Positions 26,653 through 42,529 are shown, counted from the stretch's first letter. The stretch is DNA of 64,000 nt from Eledone cirrhosa (GCA_964016885.1 OZ024740.1:118172001-118236000), one strand, 5' to 3'. Notes: a model not told the origin generated them from the letters alone. Made by a program: numbers and translations.

Positions 26653-29600
26653 TATATATATATATACACTTTTACTCCAAAAGTTGGAACACCTGTAAAA
26701 TGCATGATACTTAAAAAAGAAAGAAACACTGGATGTAAAAATCCTGTTTTTTGCTTTAATTTAATTATTGTGGTTATGTGATTAAAATAAAAAAAAATAT
26801 AATAAATTGTTTTGCTTCAATTTTTATACTTCGTTCTCATTTCGATTTCTTCACCTTAAGATTTTTTTTTTATATCATTTCAATTTTTAGTGAAATTTAG
26901 GTGCAAACTACTTTTTGATTAAAATCTGTTAGTTTTTACCGAATTGTCTCATATAATTATATAATGTAACCTTTCTATCTACATTAGACATGATGGCTCC
27001 TGCTTGCAACTTCATGATACAAGTTGTTATTTTAGAATCATAAAAAAGAAAAAGAGAAAGAATGAAGATCTGACATTCCTTTAATCACTACACGCAGAAG
27101 CGTTAACCAGAATCAAGAAAAAAATTGGTTTCAAGCTACAAACTTAATTCAACGGAATATGCGTTCCGCAGATAATTGCCAAGGAAGGCTCATAAACTAG
27201 TCTCTTGCAGCGTGTAACACACCACCATTATTTCCTTACTAAAGCATTTCACTATGAGTGCTGTAGGAACATAATACAGAGACATCATTAGAAGGTGCTC
27301 AAGTGAATCCTGTATCTGTTACAGAACAGAATTTCATTTCAAAACAAAAATGCAACAAAACAATACTGGAGTTATTAAAGTGTTCTGGCTCTCTGTAATC
27401 TGAATACAAATCCCATCAAGGTCATCTTTACTTTTCATCTTTTAAGGATTGATAAAATAAAGTAACTGGCCAGTGCGGTGGACTGTCGGAATTTTCTTAG
27501 CACCGCGTGATAGGCCTTGCAGTATTTGCTCTGGATCTTTGCCTTCTGAATTCAAATTCAGCTGCAGATCTCCTTGAGTCGGAGATTTAATTCAACATTA
27601 ATTTTAACACCTCTGCAAGACCCTTGGGTGTTTTTATTGTGTCCATTCTGGTACAAGTGTCATGGCCATCTCTGCCGCCTATCAATTTCAACAGAGGCCT
27701 GAAAAGGCTCATGGGTGAGGCTTTTCCCTCCCTAACCAAGAAAGACTTTGCTGACTGAGGCAATTTCTTAAAATGTATAACGAAAAGAACTGTTGTTTTA
27801 GCAAAATCCTTCATGCTAGTCTGAGTCGAGATTATCCCACCCATATGTTTAATATAAATGTCTGAAAATAACAAAGGAAAATCTACATAAATATAGCTTC
27901 CAACTACAATAATATTTGGATGTCTGAATATTTTGACAACTACGACGTTACACTAGGCTTATTCTTTTAAAACGTCATCACTGTATTATATTACTATGTA
28001 CACATTTTACAAAGACATACTATTCTTATATAACAGGACTCTATAGTTACACCAAAGACGTGATAACATGTCTGCTGCAAGCAACATCATAAAATGCATC
28101 CAATATATTCTGTAAAATGTTTGACATTACAAAGGTCATCCAGTCGTAGAAATCTTGCAAAACATGACAACGTCTCAAGTCCTGATACCACAACAAAATG
28201 CAGCCAGTACACTATGTAAAATTGTTGACCTTAGGAAACACACCAAGCATTAGAAATTATGCAATAACTGAAACGAATGTAAACGGTGAGCCATGGTTTC
28301 TAGTCCGTCTATGAGAATGCATGCTCTCTGGGAAAGTAAACGTAAACTAATGGTAATGAATACAAAAAAGATTGGGAAAATTAGGAGCAGCTACTTAAAG
28401 AGGAAATTTCTGACATTAAAATGAAGATTAATTTTAAAAACAAGATATCTATGCCAAAAGCATTTTCATTGTACTATATTAACTGATGTGATTGCACCTT
28501 GAACAATTAAGAATTTAGGAAATAATTTAGATAGAGAAAGGTAGATATGAAATTAGATAAAGTAATAGTAAAAGGTGGAAGAGAGCCAGAGAGATAGTGT
28601 GTGTACGTATCTACACGTGTTTATAATTATCCACAGCAAACTAAGAGAAGATCTCATCTTATTTATTTTCTGTCTCAAATTATTTCTGATACTGTCAAAT
28701 AAATTATTTCTTATCTATTTATTTATTTATTTATTGTTTAAATTTCATTATTTTTACTAAACATCCTAAGCTTTTGCTATGAACATATTATTTACTCATC
28801 TATCTCATTGTTTATTAGTTTATGTCCTTTTGATTGTGTGTATATACATCTACGTGCATGTATGTATTTGAAGACATACATACATTTGTTTTTGTATGTA
28901 TGTATATATGTATCCATCTGTATGTATGTTATATTATATATCACTTCTACATATACACGTGAGAATGTACGCATGGATGGGTTTGAAGAAAAACTTCTGT
29001 TTGTGTATGCTTTGTATGCATGTATATGTTATATGGTTATAAATCACTTCTATACATACACACGTGTATGAGTTTCTGCAGTACATGGTCAAAGGTGTCA
29101 ATCTTTCACTCCAGATAAAGATTCAAATTGAGCCAGCCATCTATCTAAATTGTAGCAATCCAACACAAAGACTAATTTCTGCCATCCAAATGCCATAAAC
29201 ATTAATTGCCTAAATTATTTCTGGAATCTTAAGTTTTACATTTTCTTTGTAAATATAAAGAAAAAAAAAGAGATAAGAAGCAACTACGAAGCGTTATGTG
29301 AAAGACAATCAGCAATTAACTGTAGTAACATTTAAACCATCAATGGTGTATACAAGGAAAATGAATTAGTTTGAAGAAACATATTTGCATCCACAATAAA
29401 TTTAATTTCTGAACTGATAGTCATCTGATTATTAGCTAAAATATGTATTTTTATTATCTCTATTCATTCTAGCAGTTTCTTTTACAGCATGTCATTACCA
29501 AATAAAATAGTTTACTCAGTTCCATACAAAAATAAAATAAATAAATAAAATATACAGTGTTTCGATAGACAGACAAAGTTAAGTATTTTGTTTATTAATT

Positions 29601-32155
29601 CTGCTGTATTTTACGGTTTTGTTTTATTATTGTTTTTATCTCAGTATCAAAGCTTGAATAATTGCTTCCGCTTATCAGATGGTCTGTTGCCATACACTTT
29701 TTTCACAGGTTACTTCTAGGATACAAATAAACTTGTGACTTTGATCAGTCAAATTGCTGGTTACACCTAATAGATCGTAAATGTCTTCGCCTAACATCAT
29801 ATACGATTTTGGCTTTTATCACTTTAGTACTTTTACTTTGTTTATTAATTTGCTTTCAGTGCTTCTTTCTTTTCATTGGTTTGATTTCGCTTATTTTCAC
29901 TTTACACTGATATTTCATTTTTAATGATGAAAATATATATTTCACAAAATGTTCCAATGAGAGTGGTTTTCAAATATGCTGATATTTCCAATGAAAAATT
30001 AGTTTATTTAAATTTGCAGTTATCCTGTAGGGTTTGAATATAGGATAGGATGAAAAGAAACGTTTCACACTGGAGCTTACTATAAAGTAAATCTGAGTAT
30101 TATTTGATCAAATACATATGGTATAATTATTGCTAACTTAGTGTAAATTGTATGATAAAAATAGTATAAAAGTTTCTAGAAGAGCACACTAGAGACATGG
30201 TGCATTTTTCAAGACGCATTCAAAATTCAAAACCATTTGTTAATAATATATGATCATAATCTGTTTTATTAAGTCTCTAATTTTGCTTATATAGATGTAG
30301 TGAAATACGATTGGAAATCTTTTCAGAAACATTCTGGGTTTTGTAAATATTAGAAATACATACCAGGCCACTGGAACTGAATTCAGATATTAAGATAAAT
30401 ATATACACATGCTAAATACATATCCTCCAGACAAAAGTTTATGTTCCTGCCACTTGAAGCAATAACTAGTGCGTCGGCATCAGATGATAGTAAAAAGAAA
30501 CAAAGCAGAGAAATTAACATCGAATAGTAATAGAAAATGTCATGTCTATGTAGACATATTTTATAACATACGATATTCATCTAATATTTAAATACTCTAA
30601 AGAAGAATGTGTGGAAATGTGGCTGCTTTTTCCCGCATATGTTGTAACGAAGTAGAGGACCATTCTATGGTTCTTTGCGTACACTTCTATATTCCATCTT
30701 ATTTTATTATCATTTTGTCAGTAGTCTATAATTTCATGCATCCTATTTTTAGTAGTATATCTTTAACTTGGCCAATGATATTATTTCTACTCCACTGTGT
30801 CCGGGTAAAGCAAGTCATTCACCTGATTTTTGAAAACCAGTTTATTTAAACTGACGACTTCAAACTCTTGACCTACACTCTCTTATTTCCCATTTCTATT
30901 GCACTCAATGCATATTTTGTTGATTTTTATTCTTTTACTCTCTCATATTATACTGTGTACCTTCATTCATTTATGCTCTTACATTTTAACATTTTTTCTT
31001 CCACAAGCTCTTATATTCCTTCTGTTTAACAAATATATAGACTTGAGCTTTTTGTTATTTTCCCCTTCTTCCTATATATTCTCGTCATCTGTTTTTATTT
31101 TTCATTTTTTTTTTCTTCTATTATTTTTGTTGGTGTTGTTATGATGACTTGTTTGGTATAAGCTTAAATAATGTGTATTTTGCTATTTCCTAACGCTGTA
31201 TTCTTACTCTTACAATTTCCTATTTTTCCTACACTTTATTACCTCATTCAACAATATCAACCATAGTTCTTTATTTGACTAAGAATGGAAAAGCATTAAT
31301 CATAACTGAATTTTCGTGAACATGACATTGCGCTTGAGAAATGGGATAGGGTTTGCATATACAATATTTTTAGATGATTTTAATCATATATATTTTCATT
31401 ATGATTTATATTATCATAGTTTATATTATTATCAATATACACTATCCAGAATTATCAAAAATAGTGCTTCACCGAGTTAAATGACTTATAGCAAACTTTC
31501 CTAACCACAATTTCACGGTACACTTGCGTGTCGCAATATTTTGAGGGAAGTTGAAAAACGCCATGATATTTTTTATAGAACTTGAATGCTTGAACTCAAT
31601 TCACATTTCCATCTCCTTTTTTAACGACTTGGTTATACACATGTGAGAACGTTTAGGGGATTTCGTGAGTTTGACGGAATTACTGCGTTACATCCTTTGC
31701 TAGACCAATACTTTCATTCTATTTCATTTAATCTGCACTTTATATGTGTGGTGCGGGCGTTTCTTTTGTATAAGTGTTATGATAAATACTTCATTTTAAT
31801 TTCATAGAAATTATGACAAATGCTTTCACATTTTTTCTCTTTAACTTTATTTTTATTACGCTTTTTATCTCCTCTAAATTTATGATGTCATATAATATAA
31901 AATTTTCTGTCAGAACTGAAAATCCCTAATCCTTTATTTATGTCGTTTTTTGTCTTTTTGGTAAATGTTCTCTCACTAGAAAATAGTTTTCTTAACTATA
32001 CATATAAAGACGCCAGTGTGGGTGCATGGCTATGAAATTCACTTTACAGCCACACGGATATAGGTTCGATCTCACATTGTGTCACCTCGTGTAGTTGCCT
32101 TTTACTGTAGACTCAGGTATTGACATTTAGTAGGAGAAAACTGCAGAAGCCCGAA

Positions 32156-32205
<50 letters not shown>

Positions 32206-32499
32206 AAATTTGCAGGGCCGGGTTTATCGATGGTCGGAGGGGGCGAATATCCTGGGCACCCATTTGTCAAATTGGGATATCCCTAAGAACAGACCCGAGC
32301 CCCTTCGATTCTGAAATGCTCCGGACCTCCAAGATCTAAATATAAACTTGTGTGTGTGTTTTTGTGTGTGTGTGTGCGTGTTCTGTCTCCACATCTGTTT
32401 TTAAATTGGCACCCCTTAAAACAAAGCTTCCATATGTACATGAAATAGAGATATCAATACAATAATTACTTTAAGCAGAATTATATCTTTAAAAGATGC

Positions 32500-34110
32500 C
32501 TCACACTCATTCAGCTTCGGTGAATATAGCCTTGGCCAGAAAGAGTTGATGTCATCCGAGGGTGCCTAACATTCATTGGGTGTTTCCACCCTTAACTGTA
32601 ACACTCCTGTTGGTGAATTAGAATTAGTGGCCAAATCTTTGCCCATCTCCACCTATCTTCTTGCTTATTTCTTTTCTGAGTTCGATATAATCGACAAAAG
32701 TCATCACAGTGGCGCATTGCAATGAGTGAAAAGTGAAAAAAAGAATATCATGCATATCAAGCCTATTACTATTTCACATAAAACTCAGGAATACAGTTAC
32801 AGAAATTGTAGCGCAAAAGTGAAAAACACATACAATTGTTGAGTCAGTAATTTTAGCAACATAATATAAAATTGTAAATATTCTCTTTGACGATAAATAT
32901 GACAAAACGATTTTTACCATCTCTATGTCATTATCTCTATGCATAAAAATGTCACAAGATATTGAGTCATAAGTGAGAGTTAGCATTGAAGAATCCGATT
33001 TCTATTTTTTTTTGTTTTTGTCTATAGAGTTAGTTGAGTCAACCGACATAAAGAGAATAGCTTAGCTTCTGGCATTCAATTTTCATTTTATTTTGTAACA
33101 TATTTTCTTAAACAAGAGACATTTAATGCTTTTAAGCAATATTTCTGTTACCATGATTTGCTGTGAAAAGCATCAGTATCTGCATGGTCAGGGTCATCGT
33201 AATGGCAGTCAGGGTCCTCGTAATGGCAGGAATGCTAAAAGGATTTTCTGCATTGGCTAAAAGCAAAACCCTGCAATTGTTTTTTATACATTGTTTCTTT
33301 CTCAAAGAAATACTCATTTCAAAATAATTAACTCCTGAAGTCGAGGAAATACTGCATGATACTATTAGAATGATTAACCATACTAAGAGTAGGCAATTAA
33401 AATCAATGCTCTTTTACTCACTTTATTTTTCACTTTTTGAAAAATATTGCTCACACACAGCTACTATCATACGTAGAAGAGCAATTCAAGGTTTTACAAA
33501 TTGAAGGAAGAATTCTGCAAGACGTTGACCTGTTTTGTGGCGACTCATGTGTTAAACTGACATTTCCATGCACCTAGTGAAAAGTATGCAAGGTAAAAAA
33601 AGAAAATATTTTTTCTTGTGCTAACAAAATTAACTCTTTTAAGGAAAAGGTTATTTTAGGAAGCGTAAGGCAAAACTGAAACGTTTGATCTAACAAAATC
33701 CTGCAAGCTGGTTAAAAATATTTTTGAATTAATACTGCCAAGATTTTTTACTGCTGAATAAAAATATTGGAAATCATTTTCTGTCACTTGAGATGATTTC
33801 TTTGGAATTAAAGAGAGATCCATTTATGCAAAATGCGCGTTAATCAGCAAAATTTAATGTTTCAAAGATGAGTTGACGGAAATCAGAAGTAATAGAGGAT
33901 TGTAACGGCAACCCTCATCAATAGATTTAGTATTATTCTAGGTGTCTCACCCGCAGCAAATTTCCAATATAACACGGACATTTCTTAAAACACTCGTTCA
34001 TTTGTGAAGCTGGTTTCTTGTCTCTGGGCATGATTAAAACAAACACTGGTCGTAGCGTCAAACACTGGAGGGAGAATTCAGGTTATAATTGTCAACCACT
34101 CAACTAGTGG
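32500..34110 (+). pseudogene. Decayed hAT (Buster/Charlie-type) transposase
   Basis: Broken frames give K.HTIVESVIL, IHCFF, PEVEEILHDTIRMINHTKSRQLKSMLF and ICEAGFLSLGMIKT, typical of ZBED5/Buster transposases. No TIRs identified. Confidence 0.7.
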
Positions 34111-35675
34111 TGGATTAAGAGTGGGGTTGTAGCCAAAAGCTCAAAATATTTACAGAGCCCAAAATTAATATTTTGCTACCAAATATGTTTGGTGCAAGGT
34201 TCCCGTTTAAATTTTGGGGTGGGTGAGTGTCGCATGCAAGTTTAATCTACCCCATGCACCATACTCTGGACAAGAGACATTGAAAGACATAAGTAGTCAC
34301 AAATTAACCAGCAATACCATAAGTAAAATAAGGTGTTAACCTTCGTTCATAATCATGTTATCAAATACATTTTCTTTTTCTTCAATATTTAGAGTAAATA
34401 GAAAAGAAACGAACATGTAGCTGCTTGGTTTCTTTCTATTTACAATGTATATTATAATATTAGTTATATTTTATTATAGACGAGGAAATGTTACTAGTAT
34501 AACGATTTGAATTTGAATTATTATAATTTTAATCCAGAAATAGTAGGCACTCAGTGTATTATACCTACACCATTATTGCTATAAGATCTTTGTACCTTAG
34601 CCATATCATCTCTGTAGTTCATGGGCACAATTTGTGAGTGAAAGTTTCACTAGTTCATGTGTATTCTTTTGTAGTCAAATGCAATGCATAAACCTATGTT
34701 AAAAATTAAATTAATATTCAATTGTTACGCAATGTCTTTTAATGGCCATAATATATTTAGTGTTGCATGAAGTGTGCTGTAGATCAGATAAGATTGAAAA
34801 TCACCATATTGCATTTTATCTTGTCTTGCAGCACTCCAAGTTCAGATACTGCTCTATTTGATACTAGCCTCTTTTTGCAGTTTATTAAAATACGTACTAC
34901 TTTGACTGTCAGCTAGTCTTTGTAGACTTTGGACACAGAGATTTTGAGCAGAACCAGCATCTTTAGTATAGATGCAATATTACACAATCACTGTTGGATG
35001 GAATTCTTGTACAACTGAATTATCAACAAATCCTGTATGATGTGTTTACATGTAGAAAGAGACATCAGTGAAAATCAAGGCTATGAGATTCTGTAATGTA
35101 GTCTTTGACTATATATGAAATACACGAGGACAACTGACAATAATTATTTTCATCACAACCAATGGAGAAAACGGATAAATCATAGTACAGATCTAAATGC
35201 TTTTTCTAGAATGTCTAACAAGACTGTAGCACACTTTTAAAATTATGGTTAAATGGTTTGCTATTTTGTTACTAAAAAACATTTAGACATAATTTGTGAT
35301 GAATTAGAAACAACTAGAAGAAGCATAGTTGCATTGTCTACAAGATTGAATATAAAAATAAGGTTTGAGATATTGTATACATGAGCCCAGAGTGTGAATT
35401 CATACATCTGAGATTTAGTTGTATAGATTCTTTAGTTGCAATATCTAACGAGGATATATATTTACAATTATCGAAACAACACAATTGATAGCCACAAAAC
35501 AAATGTTAACCCTTTTGATTCCATGTGAAAGGCAAGAAAATGTGTAGATAGATTTTAGATATTTCCTTTGCTTTTCCCTCTCATTGTCCAATATTGCCAA
35601 TGTTCTCTGTTCAAATACTCAACTGTCAAGAAATCTTGCAAAGAAACAGATTTTCAAACTGCTTTGTGTGGAAAT

Positions 35676-35864
35676 AATTGTTTCTACTTTTTGCACAAGG
35701 CCAGCAATTACCCAGTGTATTACTGGTACTTTATTTTAACGACCCCGTAAGGATGAAAGGCAAAGTTAATCTCGGCGGGATTTGAACTCAGAATGGCAAG
35801 GGCCGTAACTCAATGCGTCAAAGCATGGCGTCCGACCCTCTACCGATACTGCCAATCCACCGCC
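35676..35864 (-). mobile_element. S1 SINE with TSD
   Basis: Full S1. TSD tgtggaaataat on both sides. Confidence 0.9.
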
Positions 35865-37639
35865 TTTTTGTGGAAATAATAGAACCATAATTATGTCCCT
35901 TGTGGTATCAATTGTTGAATTTTGGCAACATACTATCACATGTGCCAGAAGGAAATAGTAGATAACGTAGGAATGCTTGAGATATAAATGATAGTAATTA
36001 AAATGATTTGAGTCAGATCAAATTCTGGTTCAATCTAATTTCAGATGTTACTGCAAATTATGTTCATACTATTAGTAATTTTAGTTATATTCCCTTGAGA
36101 GGGTTTGGTTGTACTATTGCTTTAAGGCTGAATAAGATTAACACTTATGTATATCTATCTTCTGGAGAATGTTTAAAATAGAAAATATTTGCTAACACTC
36201 TGTAATTATATAATTATTTTTGCTGTTTTTATTTTCGTGATTCCCCCTCTTAAAGGGTAGTTGTTATTTAGCTCTATTCCAGTACTTATCAGCCATAATT
36301 ATTATTAAATGTATTTTAGTTGTGATCTTCTCGTCCTTTTACTAGACACAGTGCACCAAAGACCTCATTATCAAATGTTTCAGCGTTTTTAAAAGAGTAG
36401 GTTGTGATTTTAGCATGATTTGCTGATAACAGTTCAAATAGTGACATTGAGGTTTTATGATAAACTATGATTGGAAAGTACTAGAGCAGCTGGCTGGAGT
36501 TATTATTCACCATCAACTTTCATCAGTAGTCTGATAACTTATCCAATCAGCCAGCTAAAGATGTAGCTTTCAATAAATGGAAACCTTATTTAATAGAGAA
36601 TATTGTGTACTCAGGTTTACAACATCGTGTTGTGTTATTGTTTCTAGAATGATTATGAAATTGGAGAGAAAGATGCAATTGGATGCTCACTAGCAACTCA
36701 CAGATGCAATAGCACCCACATGTACATATTTGGTGGAATCAAATATGGCAGAATATATGGTTTTCACAGTTGTGTATCAGAAAGATAACAAACAGCTGCT
36801 CCCTCACATATACACATACACATTGACAGAAGGAAATACAGACAGATAAGCTAAGATATAGATGTGATCTTATTTCATCTTCTCTGATGATGGTTTGACA
36901 AGATCCCAGATCTTATACACTTACCAAGTGGGATGATACTTATCAAATCAGACCAAGAAAGCAATGTTTCCAATGGTTATTCTATTGCTGATACCATCTG
37001 TCACAACTCCTGGCAAAAAGTGGAACTTGAAATCGAGTGTCCTGCTCAAAAGACATAATGCATTACCCTATCTAGGAATTGAATCTTCAGCCTCCCGATT
37101 GCGAATCCAGTTCTCTAATCACTAAGTCATGCACCTTCATCTTCTGTAGTGAGATTCAATATCCTTCAAAAATCTTAGTTTGTCTTCTAGTATAGACTAA
37201 CAAGTTGTCTTTCTGCACGCAGTAAACTTTGTCCATTGATATTCTAAGGTCAACACAGCTTTGATATTGACTCTATTTTTATTTGTCCAATCATTTTTTT
37301 ACATCTATTTAACTCAATATTTCTGGTTAGTGAACACTGAAGATCCAACAGATCATTTCTGAATTTATTCCCCTTTAGTTGATAACAATTTTCTCTATTT
37401 ACTGCAAATATCTTACTTCTATTGATTAGCAAACTCATCATGCATATCTCATAAATCTATATTCTATAATATTCTATAAAGTAAGTGAGAAATCTTTATT
37501 CTATAGTGTAAATCCAATCATTTTCTTAGATTTTGCTTTGTTTAAATCATCTATGTATCTAAAATAGGAAACTAGTGAGCTATCTGAAATACAAAACAAT
37601 TATTAGAACCTTTTGTTGTTAATGTTTAGTTTCAGGTAA

Positions 37640-37838
37640 GGGCGGTGGATTGGCAGTATCGGTAGAGAGTCAGACGCCATGCTTTGTAGCATAGAGTTAC
37701 GCCTCTTTATGATCTGAGTTCAAATCCCGCCGAGGTTAACTTTGCCTTTCGTCATTACGGGGTCGATAAAATAAAGTACCAGTACGTACTGGGGTCGATT
37801 TAATTGACTTTCCCCCCTTGTGCCTATACTAGAAATCA
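37640..37838 (+). mobile_element. S1 SINE with TSD
   Basis: Full S1. TSD tgtttagtttcaggt on both sides. Confidence 0.9.
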
Positions 37839-38179
37839 TTGTTTAGTTTCAGGTCACTTCCAGATATGATCATTAAATTTCTGTAATCCATTGCTTCATA
37901 AAACACCACCACCTATTCTATTGACACCTTTAGTTAAGTCTACTCAGCTGCAAGCATTTGAACCTCCTTTGATCCAACCAGGTATATTAAGACGAAAATG
38001 GGTCATGGGCACAGCCCTGCATCTGACTATATGATAAAAAAATCTAGGAATATATTATCAAATGTTGTCTTCCTTTTATAGAATGATATTGTGCTAAGGG
38101 CCATTTGGTTATTGTATTCAATAAGTGGGGCAATATCATACCGACAAAATTTGGTGTTTGTTGTATTTGAGCATAGAAA

Positions 38180-38385
38180 TGTGAAGACTAAAATCCAAAG
38201 AGGGCTCTATACGGATTATATATATATGTATGAAATATATATATATAAAAACCCATAGAGCAAATATTTATTATCAGTACAGATTAAAGAATCACAGCTT
38301 TCACCCTTTGATGGAATCTTCCGAAACTGTTTCAGAAAATGGTGAAAGCAGCGTTTCTTTGATTAAACTTTAATCTGTACTTATA
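38180..38385. mobile_element. Decayed pLTR fold-back, family C
   Basis: gtacagattaaag..gctttcacc / ggtgaaagc..ctttaatctgtac inverted. The left tail matches the reverse complement of 59615-59695. Confidence 0.7.
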
Positions 38386-38409
38386 ATATATATATATATA
38401 TCATTTTTC

Positions 38410-38580
38410 ATTTCATTTTACGTCCACTTTTCCATGCTTCCAAGGGTGGGACGGGAACTGATTCGGGCTTGATTTCTACAGCTGGATGCCCTTCCTAACA
38501 CCAACCTCATTTACAGTGAGTGCTGGGTGCTTTTTTGCCGTGGCACCTCCACGACCACTTTGCAGTGGAATGATAGGGAC
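38410..38580 (-). mobile_element. RTE-type LINE 3'-end fragment
   Basis: tttctacagctggatgcccttcctaacaccaacc, shared with 40590-41030 and 46030-46500, the latter contiguous with RTE ORF2 sequence. Confidence 0.65.
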
Positions 38581-38602
38581 CCAGTTCCTATCATCTCATT
38601 TC

Positions 38603-38742
38603 TACAGCTGAGTAAACTGGAGCAATGTGAAATAAAGTGCCTTGCTCAAGGACACAACACATCGCCGCCCGGTCTGAGAATTGAACTCACAACCTTTCGA
38701 TTGTAAGGCCAATGCTCTAACCACTAAACCATGTGCCTCCAT
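38603..38742 (-). mobile_element. S2 SINE
   Basis: Minus strand: A box tggtttagtgg, B box gagttcaattc, then gtgtccttgagcaaggcactttatttcac. Confidence 0.75.
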
Positions 38743-39141
38743 GTATATAAGAGAATATATATATATATATTTATATATATATAATTCATGATACTCATTA
38801 CAATTTGGTGGAGGAACCAAATATTGCTTACTATATATAGAAAACGATGTGTTATGTACTAATTAATTGTAAGAATGATTTTGTATCTCTGTGTAAAGAA
38901 TCATAAGCTTAAGTATGTTAATAACACTTTTCGAAATCAGTTGATATGTAAATGACTATCATTAATAAAGTGAATAGAAAGTTTGACATTGGTTTTAAAG
39001 ATATTAAGATGCTATGAAATGAAATGAGGACACAATAAATAGATTGGTTTTAATGAATAAAAATGTGAAAGTAGTTAATGAATTGTTTGCATTCCACACA
39101 CACACACACACACGCACACAGACACACACATACACACACAT

Positions 39142-39204
<63 letters not shown>

Positions 39205-40589
39205 ATTTGGAATAAATATATATATTTACATATGTAAGCAATTGTAAATAGGTATAAGTAAGAAGCTAAATATACATACAAATTATATATATTTGTTTAT
39301 ATAAATGTGATCACACATTCACTGCAAGGACAGACATTATATATATATATATATATATACTCACAATGTGATGCATACATGCAAGCATGCACCCACATCT
39401 ATAAACATAATTCAGTTTTCTCCCTTTTGTAGATAAATGTGTAAGAAACATTAGTTTAATAAAATAAAATAAAATTTCTATTAGACAGTAACAAGAACTG
39501 AACCAGAAATAAAAGATCTTTTCAATATCGAATCCCAGGATATCTGCATTGTCATAAGCAGCCATATATCACAGCTATGTTTTGTGACTGAAGTTAAATA
39601 CTTCCAACTCAACTCTTCCTCATCTCTTATTTATTTGCATCCCATAAATATTCTCTATTTCATTGAAAACTGAACTGAAATCTCATTTATGTGTGATTTA
39701 TTTACAATTTTTAATGAAATAATATTGATAAAACAAAATGGTTTAATCAATAAATTATTGGGGAAAAGAAAGAACCTTCTGCTACTGACACAAGAGATGA
39801 ATCATTGAGAGATTTCCTCTATGATATTGCAACTCTAGTTTTATATACTTACAATATGGCAGTTATATTATGCATTCAGCTGTTGACAGTGAGAAAGATT
39901 GCATCAAGTTTCATTTTTTTTCCAGGTAACTAAATACCAATATTATATCAGTTCAGAGATAATTATATCCATAGTTACAATATAAATTTGGGGATGAAAG
40001 TTCCTTTATTAGAAATCTATGAACTATTTTTGCGACTTTAACTTCTCCTAAATATGTAAATACATGCCAATCCAACTGCAGTGTATCTAAACAAAGAAAA
40101 TATATAATAAAAATAAATTCATGTGAAAATGGAGAAAAAATAAACATGATAGAAACAGAATCCTGTAAAAGGAAAACTTTATCGATGTGATTGGAAATTT
40201 TGCATTGAAAACTATTTTACTGCTTTTGATATAGATTAAAATTTTCGTTTCAAAGAATCGAGATATTTATCTTGTTTTATTACATAGATGGCTAACTTAG
40301 GCAGTAACCTTTACTGAAAAATATCATACATACAAGACATAGTGTATGAATGGTAAAAGTAGCTGATTACTGATTCAGAATTCAACACATCAGATCCCAC
40401 CACTGGAATTATGCTTTGAACTTAGACAAGGCCTCATTACACTTCTCATTTCAGTAAACTTATTAGAAAATAAATAATCTTTCCATTTTATATCTGAAGG
40501 ATTAGTAGCATGAAAGACATTTATTTTTAAGCTCAGGTGCTTCAATTTATTTTAAAAATATTTACTGCATTAATGGAAGTTATAATGTT

Positions 40590-41030
40590 ATCATCATCAT
40601 ATCATTACCGTTTTACATCCATTCTGCCACGCTAGCATGGGTTAGATGAGTTGTCCTGTTGTGGGCAATGCCAGGTCAAGTGACCATGTATTGCTCAAAC
40701 AGAACTGGTTTTGGCTTGATTTCTACAGTTGGATGCCCTTCCTAACACCAACCTCATTTACAGTGAGTACCGCGTGCTTTTTACCGTGGTGCCTACACGA
40801 CCACTTTACAGTGTGGACTGGGTGCATTTTTGTCATGACACCTACGCGTCCACTTTACAGTGAGAGGGGGTGGGGGGAATACTGTCTATATGCTTCAGCT
40901 TCAGCTTGTACTCATGGGAAGTCGGGTCTTCTGTATTACTGCATAACGCCAGAGGTCTCAGTCGTGTGTCATCACCTTTGAGAGATGCAATTGGGCGAGG
41001 TCAGCTTTTATGTTGTATATTATCCCCATT
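40590..41030 (-). mobile_element. RTE LINE 3' end
   Basis: Homologous to 46030-46535. Ends in a (GAT)n-like tail on the minus strand. Confidence 0.7.
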
Positions 41031-41280
41031 TTTATTCATTAGGTTGTTAGGATATAATGCTCTCACATAATATACCAGTTCATTGCAACAGGAGGTTTTA
41101 CTCTTCACAGTGCAAGCATATATATCAGACAAGATGTCTAAGGGAAGGCAACTCTCATGTCACTTGGCATTTCTTATTGCTCACAGTTCTTATTGCTCAC
41201 AATTCTTATTGCTCACAGTGATATCTGTTACCTGCACAGTACATTAATCTGAGGCATTCCATAAAAAAATTAAAAAAACT

Positions 41281-41450
41281 CGTGGTTAAACAATAAGAAA
41301 ATGAGCTGAGCCAGGGTAACTAGGACTCACCTGTGGTTAAACAATTTGAACATGAACTGGGCCTGGGTGATTAGGACTCACTTGTGGTTAGACGATAAGA
41401 ACATGAACAGAGCCTGGGTGACTAGGACTCACTTGTAGTTAGACAATAAG
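41281..41450. repeat. 51-bp tandem repeat, about 3.3 copies
   Basis: Unit approximately tgtggttaaacaataagaacatgaactgagcctgggtgactaggactcact. Preceded by 3x ttcttattgctcacag (41171-41218). Confidence 0.85.
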
Positions 41451-42351
41451 CAAAGATAATATTCCAGATCAGAACAGTTCTCATGAAAGGAGAACTTAGT
41501 GCAGTGTCTGAAACAATGAAACGTTGTAGGTATATAAAAAGGAAAATAATAGAATGTGTCAAGTGTTCTATTGAATACTTTCATATCCATGGGAAAAATT
41601 AACTGAACAATTTCATGACTTTCCACAAACCATTAATTGCAAATTTATTGACACAAAATGTGTGAAGTGTTAGGCCATTGATGATTTTCTCATGAGCATT
41701 AATGATATGGGTAAAATAATACAGTGAAACTAAGAAATGAAATAAGTTATGAATATGGCTTATAGTGAACACTTATTTATTCCCCAACACCCTCCTAGCA
41801 ACATATATAATATTGATTTCTTTCACAAGTATTATTTGCCCAGCCAGAGGTTGTGGTGGATTATCAGAAAAAATACTGCCAAAGAAAGAATTAACCACAA
41901 AGTTTGGAAAGTGAGAAACAGTGGGGAAGGAAGATTGTGATGATGGAACATCATAGAAATTTTTAACAACTTTTATTAAGACACACCAATCAAATGTAAT
42001 CTTAGATCAATTAATTAATCATGATTTATTTGGTCTTTCTAATATAAACACTAAATAATTGGTTGAAGAAATCAATAAAAAGCCAGTTGATTTCATGAAC
42101 TTTGGGTGTTTATGATTAAAGAGAAAGTCAAACTACCTTGCAATATCTCACATCACCAAGATTATTACACAATTATTTTCTGTCCATAAGAAGCCTGAAA
42201 ATCATTGCATTCGATTATAACAATTAAACTTCAAATAGGTCTCACAGAAATGATATCCTACATTGACACTAATGTTAAAGAATGGCTTCTTTATAGAACA
42301 ATTCTAGCACAAATACTAATACTAATAATATCAAGAATGATGAATATAAAT

Positions 42352-42352
42352 T

Positions 42353-42429
<77 letters not shown>

Positions 42430-42525
42430 GATGACGATGATAATGATAATGATGATGAAGATGAGGAAGGTGAGGAGGAATATGATTATGATGAGGATAA
42501 TGATGATAATACTAACAATAATAAC
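42352..42525. repeat. (ACT)n/(GAT)n compound trinucleotide microsatellite
   Basis: Direct reading. Confidence 0.95.
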
Positions 42526-42529
42526 ACCA

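Noticed and set aside
36884-36915. CTGATGA as another hammerhead
   Set aside because: No properly placed stem II, GAAA or stem III follows.
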